A program made the position numbers and the translations under genes. A stretch of DNA of 64,000 nt from a virus: the IMG/VR virus record IMGVR_UViG_3300031760_000051, positions 2,963 to 66,962 of that record. One strand, given 5' to 3'. Positions 25,882 through 32,784 of this stretch are shown piece by piece. The notes under the pieces were generated by a model. The model had not been told where the DNA came from and searched no databases. It saw nothing but the letters and a program-made list of their open reading frames with translations. Position 1 is the stretch's first letter; every line of letters begins with the position of its first letter.

Positions 25882-25914
25882 TCAAGAGCCCATGAATAAT
25901 ACACGGGTTCTTGA
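25882..25914 (-). terminator. Cassette-end hairpin
   Basis: UCAAGAACCCGUG...CAUGGGCUCUUGA then UUUUUCU. Confidence 0.65.
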
Positions 25915-25920
25915 AGTTGG

Positions 25921-26019
25921 TTAGTCTTCGTCTTTGTGCTTTATCCAATATTTAATATCGTCGCATAAAACGTAAATCATAGCTAACGGCCATAATGTTA
26001 CCCAAAATATAACTGCTAT
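25921..26019 (-). CDS. 32-aa single-TM peptide with apparent ATA start (or damaged start codon)
   Basis: GGAGGTG-TTTA-ATA; IAVIFWVTLWPLAMIYVLCDDIKYWIKHKDED; fills the cassette between motif and hairpin. Confidence 0.5.
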   Translation of the reverse strand: MAVIFWVTLWPLAMIYVLCDDIKYWIKHKDED

Positions 26020-26029
26020 TAAACACCTC

Positions 26030-26055
26030 CACTAAAGCGTATGATTTGAAAGCGA
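26030..26055 (-). promoter_or_regulatory. Phage promoter-like motif copy 21
   Basis: TCGCTTTCAAATCATACGCTTTAGTG then GAGG. Confidence 0.75.
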
Positions 26056-26103
26056 AAAGGCAGAGTGCCTGAATCTTTCGACTCAGGTCTTACCTCGCCT
26101 TTT
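26055..26103 (-). terminator. Cassette-end hairpin
   Basis: AAAAGGCGAGGU..CCUGAGUC-GAAA-GAUUCAGG.ACUCUGCCUUUU. Confidence 0.65.
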
Positions 26104-26107
26104 GCAA

Positions 26108-26512
26108 TTATTTCTTCTCAGCTATTCTGCCGAGCACTGAGCAGTTATTGCCTTCCTGCTTCAGTATATCTTTTAGTAATTTGTTTGTCTCCTTTGCCAG
26201 TTCGATCTGTTCAGATTCCTTTTTACTAAGTTCCATTAACTGTTCTTTGCAGTCAGCGATAGTCTTGTCTGTTTCAGCCATGTAGTCAAAGATAAGACTT
26301 GTGATCTCCTCACAAGAGTTCATCATTTTCTTAAGCTTCTTCATGAAGTAAACATTGTCTTCGTCATCTTCGTCAATGTTTTCCCTGATAAGTTTAGTTG
26401 TGAACTTCTTAAGCTGAGTCATAAGCTCTGTTGCCTTTTCCTTAAGCTGTTCAAGTACTGACTTTTCGTCTGCTACTGCCTTTTCAACTGTTCTGATTAC
26501 CTTTTCTTTCAT
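26108..26512 (-). CDS. Helical hypothetical protein, paralog family C
   Basis: Ends TNKLL...LGRIAEKK. Confidence 0.75.
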   Translation of the reverse strand: MKEKVIRTVEKAVADEKSVLEQLKEKATELMTQLKKFTTKLIRENIDEDDEDNVYFMKKLKKMMNSCEEITSLIFDYMAETDKTIADCKEQLMELSKKESEQIELAKETNKLLKDILKQEGNNCSVLGRIAEKK

Positions 26513-26568
26513 AATAAAGTCCTCCTAATAAAATTAAAAAGTTTCTAGGAGACAGCCACTTACTGTCT

Positions 26569-26594
26569 CATTATAGTACTTGAAAAATACGCTA
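26569..26594 (-). promoter_or_regulatory. Phage promoter-like motif copy 22 (overlaps upstream TAG stop)
   Basis: TAGCGTATTTTTCAAGTACTATAATG; hairpin GAGACAG-TAAGTGG-CTGTCTC starts at the last G. Confidence 0.8.
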
Positions 26595-27278
26595 ACCATG
26601 TGATTTAATCTTGTCAATGTATACAGGATTACTCACTTCTTCAGCCAAAAGTTCCATCTGCTTTTCGAGTTGTTTCTTTCGCTCGGGTGAGGTGTTAGGG
26701 TTTCGTGCTTCCTCATAGATTGGGACTTTCTTATCCTTAGCATTTTGAGAGGCTGGGGTTTGAAACTGTAACTCGAATAAATATCCTTTTGGATCGGAGA
26801 ATACGGACTGAACTGCTTTATGTTTTGCTAAACCTTTATTATACATATCAAAATAGTTTCTACATCTGACTTCGGTATAACCTTTATCCTGAAGAGAAGT
26901 TTTAATAGTATTATAGTTTTTAACAAAATCAGAATCTTTGGAAAGAGCAGTATAACGTACAGCATCTTTTATTCTAGAAGCTTCTTTTATACTAATATTC
27001 TTTTCTTTTGAATCTGTATTTATTTTTCTTTCAATAGATTCTTTTGTTTTGAGTCTGTGTTCTAATCCATAGAATTTAGCAGATGTTTTCTTTAGAGCAT
27101 TTGTAAGATCTCTTGTGATCTTTGGCTCTTTTCTTTTCGCCGTTTCGTAGATGTTATTAGCAATAATGGATGCGTTACCAGAACTTCTGTCCTTTCTCAC
27201 GCCCCATTTCATGCCTTTAACCCCATAATGACAAATATAATTTTCGTGTGGGTTTAGTCCATTTGTAGTTATGAACAT
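26592..27278 (-). CDS. RelA/SpoT-like (small alarmone synthetase-type) nucleotidyltransferase with N-terminal HYGVKGMKWGVR tag
   Basis: RLKTKESIERK, KDAVRY, FELQFQT motifs. Confidence 0.7.
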   Translation of the reverse strand: MFITTNGLNPHENYICHYGVKGMKWGVRKDRSSGNASIIANNIYETAKRKEPKITRDLTNALKKTSAKFYGLEHRLKTKESIERKINTDSKEKNISIKEASRIKDAVRYTALSKDSDFVKNYNTIKTSLQDKGYTEVRCRNYFDMYNKGLAKHKAVQSVFSDPKGYLFELQFQTPASQNAKDKKVPIYEEARNPNTSPERKKQLEKQMELLAEEVSNPVYIDKIKSHG

Positions 27279-27279
27279 T

Positions 27280-27570
27280 TTAAAACCCCACCTTTGCTAA
27301 TATAAACCCAACAACGCCAGCTACGATAAGACCGATTACAGTTTTCACTAAGTCGTTCCATCGTTCTGCTGGTTTGTTGGTTAAAGTTTTTACGTCTGCT
27401 TTTATTTCTTTGACATCCGATTCGACATTCTCTTCTCTGATGGCTAGCTGTTTGACAGATATCACCAAATCATCGAAAGCTGTCTGTCTATTTCGGAGTT
27501 CGTCTATTTTGGAGAATGCGGTCCTTAAGTCCGACTCCAGTTTTGTGAGTCTGTGTTCTGTGTCGTCCAT
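27280..27570 (-). CDS. XhlA/holin-like membrane protein
   Basis: Coiled coil then PAERW and a C-terminal TM. Confidence 0.65.
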   Translation of the reverse strand: MDDTEHRLTKLESDLRTAFSKIDELRNRQTAFDDLVISVKQLAIREENVESDVKEIKADVKTLTNKPAERWNDLVKTVIGLIVAGVVGFILAKVGF

Positions 27571-27795
27571 TTAAAGCACCCCCGTAATATAACAAGTGTT
27601 TTCTCGTATTGTCACTGTGACTCTATCGCCATCTGCAACACTTATCAACGGAACACAAGGTGTTGATACTTCCGCTCCATCGAGTATTACATCATCCCCA
27701 GATATGGTTCCGTAGTAATGACTTTCTTTAGACTGCTCAGGCTTGTAAATAACAGCATTTACGAAATCCCCAAGCATTTTTGTTGTGAGATTCAA
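27571..27795 (-). CDS. Small tail-tip/OB-fold-like protein
   Basis: YGTI..VILDG..TPC..VADGDRVTVTI. Confidence 0.6.
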   Translation of the reverse strand: MNLTTKMLGDFVNAVIYKPEQSKESHYYGTISGDDVILDGAEVSTPCVPLISVADGDRVTVTIRENTCYITGVL

Positions 27796-27806
27796 ATATC
27801 AACACC

Positions 27807-30800
27807 TCAATTCCTATTCCACAATCTCTTAGTGTATACAGCAGTTTCGTCTACCTGACATCCTGGTTTACAGTTGATTGTCTGGCTTACTACTTTTGCC
27901 TTAATGCCAGTGAACCCAGCCCTTTCGTAATTGAATAAGACAGTATCACCGACTTCTACACCATTGAAACCATGAGAGTATTGTATTGTTTTTCTTATTG
28001 TCGAGGCAGCTTCAAGTAATCTCTTAGCCTGAGCCTCAACCTGATCTTCTATTGCATCTCTTGTCACTTCACCCAAAGGCATAGCAATATTCGAGATAAC
28101 AAATCTTCTCCAAATCTCTCTACCTCTTGATGGAACACTTACTATAGATCTTGTATCTTCGTTTTTAACAACTTTTCGTACATAACCTATATCTTTATTA
28201 CCATTGCCTGTATATATAACTTCCACCACATTTGGAATATCAGTCATATCGTCAGTAAGGTCAAGAGTTGGAAGTAATATCGAGGAGTTGCCATCATCGT
28301 ATTCGTAGACATGTTTCTCGTTGTATACGGTGATAGCCTCCTTGATACGTACTGCACCCCAATTATCGACAGCCAGTTCATACTGCTGCAATGTTGAGGC
28401 TGTGAGCAGATTATTCACGACTGCGAGCCATGTGTCTGACGTACCTGATACGAAATTGTTTAGTAATGGTCTTTCGATAAGTACGTTGTTTTCTAGCTTG
28501 AGTCTTGAATACTGCCATATAACTCTGCTAATTTCGTCAGTGACAGTTGGCGCTGTTCTCGGAGGTAGGAGCTCTGGTTTTTCGCCAGTTATGCCAATGA
28601 CGTTATAGCCGAGTGGTGCTAACTTCTCTTTTAGTTCGATTAGAGGAGTATAACCGGTATAGGTATAAGAGTGACGTTTGCCATTGAAACTATCGCTTGA
28701 TACAATAAACAAATATGTACCAAGACAGAATCTCTGGTTGATACCGTTTTGTCTTACTCGCATATAGATACGAATATAATTCTCGTCGAGAGGTTCTGAA
28801 GTGGTTATAGAAGCATGCCCTCTCATTTCTGAACTACTATCGTGTGTTAGCGAGCAAGATATAATATTTGTAAGACATAAAACATCATACCAAGTATTAG
28901 GATCTACGGTATAGTATTCAAACGTCTGCTGCATCCCTTTTGACCAATCGACTGACGGTACTTCTACAGGTTCTACTGTCTGAAATATCGTCTTGTGATT
29001 GGGCCAGGGGCGGTACGGTTCATATCCATTTGTCTGAAGCCATGATTTTGGAGTGCCCACTGACTCAATTAACGGCGGGTAGTTGTGCCGAAAGGGAACA
29101 TCATTATCAATGAGCCACCCGCCAAGGTTCATAGACTCTTTTAACTCTGGATACTCGACACGGAACGGAATATCGTCATCAATAAACCACATATCAGGAC
29201 CAGGTATAGACTCGATCAGTTCTGAGAAATCAGCTCTGAATGGAACTTTTGTTGGCGTTAACGGAGGACCTGGAGTGTAAGGCGTAGCATTGTTAGGATA
29301 TGCAGCAAGAAGAGCATCGTAACCCGCTTCATCCGAATCGAAACAATAATAGAGTTTACAGTTTATTCTTACTGATTTTGGAGTAGACTGTGGATTGTTG
29401 TAGTTTAACCGGGTGTCAATCTCCATTTCGTTAATTTTATCGTAAGCAGTCCAACTTGGATCATTAGGGTTATATAAGGTTACGTTAGGGTCTTCGGTGT
29501 AATTGAAATAATTGGAATCAAATCCACTCATATCAAAGGATACCATCCTAGCATACCGTCCACTAGTATCATAACCCTTATCCAGTCTTATCGTAAACGT
29601 AGTATAATATGTATCGAACCCAGGATCTAAATAAGCCTGAAATTCTGCGCCATAACATCTTGATGGCACCGGAGTTTTTGGTTTTACTTTTACTAATTTC
29701 TGATAACTACTATAACCCTGCGAAGTATAAAACTCAGTATTAGGTAAAGTGATGTCAGCAGTATAAACACTATAGTCTGTTGTCATTGCTATAGTGACAT
29801 CAAACTCAACCTTTACATATCTATAGCCAGTAGCAAAAGGTAATACACTCGCTGGTGTTGGTGGAATATCGGGGTCTGTTTCTGTGAGCCAAAGATCCCT
29901 AAAATCTTTAGATTCAATGAGATTTGGAGTCCTAGCCCAAAATGGAATATCATTGTCGATTAACCATCTTGCTGGGATTGATTCTTTAAGTTCTGGGAAG
30001 TTCTGACGATATGGGATATCTGTTATTATTTCGGAATATAAGACATACGATGACTGTTTATAGAAATAATATGTTTTGTCATTTATTCGTTTTATATTTT
30101 TACCACTATATATTTGTATATTCCATGTTTTAACGTTCCATCTAGAATTTGTTTTATCTAAAATTCTTTCTTTAGTTGAACTTTCATCCGAATAGTATAT
30201 ATTTTCTCCATCAGTCCAAACATCATATCCGTAAAAATTGGTTAAACCAGACCAACTTTTTGAATTCCACGTCGATGAAGATCTGTCCAAAACATAATGG
30301 TTAGTATACCATGACATGTATATGTTAGTTCCATCTGACCAAATAAATCTGGCATCCACATCTGACGAACTTATTCCATTCCACGTTTTATACACCCATA
30401 TGTCATTTGTTTTATCGTATACATAATTTCTATTGTTGTATGAATAATATACATTGTCATTATCATACCATACATAATTACCGTTTGGAACACTTCTGCC
30501 ACTTATTGGATCATTTTCCCAAGTTAGATTTGTTTTGTTAAATACTTTATGTTCGCCGTAATCATAAAATATATCGACTCCATTAGTCCAAACATAATCA
30601 CCATAAAAATTATCGGTCCAATTCAGTTCCTCCCATGTTGATGTTACTGGGTTAAACTTATAATGTCCGGGATCACTCACCATATATTTTTGTGAATAGT
30701 ACAGATTATCTCCATCTGTCCATAAATATTTGGCATTTAAAGACGTAGAAGATGGAATCCCATTCAATGTTATGGACTTAAATATTGGTGGTAATTTTGA

Positions 30801-30836
30801 AGTTATTTTAGCAACCCACTTATTTTCATAAGCCAT
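27807..30836 (-). CDS. Minor tail protein: N-terminal WxDG propeller repeats, IPFR repeats, C-terminal baseplate-hub-like domain
   Basis: Repeats visible in translation; VDWSKGMQQTFEYY..LIELKEK..IPNVVEV hub-type region; tail locus. Confidence 0.75.
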   Translation of the reverse strand: MAYENKWVAKITSKLPPIFKSITLNGIPSSTSLNAKYLWTDGDNLYYSQKYMVSDPGHYKFNPVTSTWEELNWTDNFYGDYVWTNGVDIFYDYGEHKVFNKTNLTWENDPISGRSVPNGNYVWYDNDNVYYSYNNRNYVYDKTNDIWVYKTWNGISSSDVDARFIWSDGTNIYMSWYTNHYVLDRSSSTWNSKSWSGLTNFYGYDVWTDGENIYYSDESSTKERILDKTNSRWNVKTWNIQIYSGKNIKRINDKTYYFYKQSSYVLYSEIITDIPYRQNFPELKESIPARWLIDNDIPFWARTPNLIESKDFRDLWLTETDPDIPPTPASVLPFATGYRYVKVEFDVTIAMTTDYSVYTADITLPNTEFYTSQGYSSYQKLVKVKPKTPVPSRCYGAEFQAYLDPGFDTYYTTFTIRLDKGYDTSGRYARMVSFDMSGFDSNYFNYTEDPNVTLYNPNDPSWTAYDKINEMEIDTRLNYNNPQSTPKSVRINCKLYYCFDSDEAGYDALLAAYPNNATPYTPGPPLTPTKVPFRADFSELIESIPGPDMWFIDDDIPFRVEYPELKESMNLGGWLIDNDVPFRHNYPPLIESVGTPKSWLQTNGYEPYRPWPNHKTIFQTVEPVEVPSVDWSKGMQQTFEYYTVDPNTWYDVLCLTNIISCSLTHDSSSEMRGHASITTSEPLDENYIRIYMRVRQNGINQRFCLGTYLFIVSSDSFNGKRHSYTYTGYTPLIELKEKLAPLGYNVIGITGEKPELLPPRTAPTVTDEISRVIWQYSRLKLENNVLIERPLLNNFVSGTSDTWLAVVNNLLTASTLQQYELAVDNWGAVRIKEAITVYNEKHVYEYDDGNSSILLPTLDLTDDMTDIPNVVEVIYTGNGNKDIGYVRKVVKNEDTRSIVSVPSRGREIWRRFVISNIAMPLGEVTRDAIEDQVEAQAKRLLEAASTIRKTIQYSHGFNGVEVGDTVLFNYERAGFTGIKAKVVSQTINCKPGCQVDETAVYTKRLWNRN

Positions 30837-30850
30837 TTGTAATCACACCC

Positions 30851-31801
30851 TTACGAAATATCATACACTTCAAATCCTAAAGTGTTAAGATCTGTAGCGC
30901 TATGCATCTGGGTGTCTGTTGCTTCGATAAGATTGAGCATCGTATATTCTGCATATGTTGATTCGTGAACGAGTGTAGTATTGATTACGCCAGTTGTACC
31001 TGTGTCTACTATTGTTGTAGCTGTTCCAGAAGATACTGTTCCCGAATATGCAGGAAGTTCGTAGTTGATTACAGAGTCAATGAATGATACACCAGACATT
31101 ATTGCTGGGTAATTTGTGATCGTATTCGGGGTTATTGTTTCGACTTCACCCTGTGTTCTCGAGTACCTTCCAACAATAGTGGTGCTGTCGTAGAATATAC
31201 TAAAGTCATCATTGTTGAGGTTATCGATAAGTATTTTTGAATCACTTTCCTCAAACTGATAAGGACCATCTGGATCAAGAGGGTCATACACTCTGAAATC
31301 AATATAATGATCTGCGTTACATTCTTCGACCTTACCCCAAACCGCACTTCTTGTGAATGTACAATCGTTGAATGCTGTTTCATCGAGAGTCTTAATATAG
31401 TTAGATACTGAAATATTAATAAAGTCAATACCTTCCCATAATACATCTTCGCTCGAGTTTGTGAAGAAGTTATAAAGCTGACCATTTCTGAAGATATCAG
31501 AATCCATTTTGAAGATCTGATTATCTACAATAAAGTTTCTTATATAATGATTATTAAGATTAAAATCTATAATAATATTATTTGTATTACTACTATAATC
31601 AAGAGTATTAAGTTCTTTCCAACCACCATCGATATTAGCAGTAAGCTCAACATAATAAGTTCCAGCAGTAGTCTTCGCTCTACAAGTAGTAAAAGCTTCT
31701 TCGAGTTCGGTCATTGTAGAAACTAAATACGGATTAGCTGCTGAACCGTCTGGTTCATTGTTTTCGCCACCGATTACTAATCCTTCTGGCATAAATATCA
31801 C
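30851..31801 (-). CDS. Tail-associated beta-rich protein
   Basis: DGSAANPYLVST..EL and YVELTANID motifs. Confidence 0.65.
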   Translation of the reverse strand: MIFMPEGLVIGGENNEPDGSAANPYLVSTMTELEEAFTTCRAKTTAGTYYVELTANIDGGWKELNTLDYSSNTNNIIIDFNLNNHYIRNFIVDNQIFKMDSDIFRNGQLYNFFTNSSEDVLWEGIDFINISVSNYIKTLDETAFNDCTFTRSAVWGKVEECNADHYIDFRVYDPLDPDGPYQFEESDSKILIDNLNNDDFSIFYDSTTIVGRYSRTQGEVETITPNTITNYPAIMSGVSFIDSVINYELPAYSGTVSSGTATTIVDTGTTGVINTTLVHESTYAEYTMLNLIEATDTQMHSATDLNTLGFEVYDIS

Positions 31802-31806
31802 TCCTT

Positions 31807-32784
31807 TTATTTAGCTTTTATTACGTCAAAGTGTAAACTCTGGTTATAAGAAACTTTTCTATAATCAGCGTCATACACTGTTATTACTTTCGTAGTGTCG
31901 TCTATAGCCATGTAGAACCCAGCTTTCTTGATGTTAAGACTTGGCCCTTCGCTGTCGTCTACATAGGTTCCGAAGCCACGATAACCTTGTTCGTCTCTTG
32001 CTCCTTTTGCATTCATATTTATTATACAAGATTTAATTCCTCCATTACAAATATAAGTGTCAGAGCTTGAGTAGTGTCTTGTCATGTTGCTCATATCGAT
32101 AGAACCTCTTATCATACAGTGATCTAATACAACCTCATTTGGGTTCTGTGATGTATAGAACTGGTCAATAAGATGTTCATCAAATGTTAAACCTGTAAAC
32201 TCGAAACAAGTATCAAGGAAAGAAGCTTTGCCTTCAACAGGTAAGCAAGATATAATAGGATGTGTGCTGAAACCGTCATTGTGGTTGTTGATAGCGATAA
32301 ATGACTGTTCGCCAGAAACCTGACCGAATAAAGATGCGTCTTGGCTATCAATATTCATGTCTCCTATTTCTATATCTACATATACTCTTTTTAAAATACA
32401 TTTATTTAAAAGCATTTCAACATGAGTACCTTTTGTGCCAATTATCTTTCCTTCTCCACCTTTTTCTTTGGTGTGTCCTGAAGGGTCTAACTTCTCCATT
32501 TCGCCACCAATAACTAAGGCATCTCGAATAAGATAACTTCCGAGTTTAACATGTGGGTTTATTATCGAATGATTATTCATAAGGAGAGTACCTCCAAGGA
32601 AATTAGCTCCCTGGAAGTCTTCTCTTATAAACATAAAGTTTAAATCGGTTTCGAGTGAATAGCAAGGAGGATCATCATCAATGTCGTATCTTGCATCAAT
32701 GATCTTCCAGTCTTCATACGAACGTATAAGAAACGGATTCTCTGAAGTTCCTTCACCATCCAACCCCTGTTGCCTATATGACAT
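31807..32784 (-). CDS. Tail-associated beta-rich protein (similar to 30851..31801)
   Basis: GEGTSENPFLIRS..YSLETDLNF..NNHSIIN. Confidence 0.65.
   Translation of the reverse strand: MSYRQQGLDGEGTSENPFLIRSYEDWKIIDARYDIDDDPPCYSLETDLNFMFIREDFQGANFLGGTLLMNNHSIINPHVKLGSYLIRDALVIGGEMEKLDPSGHTKEKGGEGKIIGTKGTHVEMLLNKCILKRVYVDIEIGDMNIDSQDASLFGQVSGEQSFIAINNHNDGFSTHPIISCLPVEGKASFLDTCFEFTGLTFDEHLIDQFYTSQNPNEVVLDHCMIRGSIDMSNMTRHYSSSDTYICNGGIKSCIINMNAKGARDEQGYRGFGTYVDDSEGPSLNIKKAGFYMAIDDTTKVITVYDADYRKVSYNQSLHFDVIKAK

Noticed and set aside
1365-26103. Integron attC sites
   Set aside because: No tyrosine recombinase in the window and no RYYYAAC/GTTRRRY ends; G.U-biased pairing and GNRA loops on the transcribed strand favour RNA hairpins
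1316-26594. Ordinary sigma-70/sigma-A promoters
   Set aside because: Only a few copies have TATAAT, the second A is not conserved, there is no TTGACA, and SD sequences or 5' stems start immediately after the hexamer; disfavoured rather than excluded
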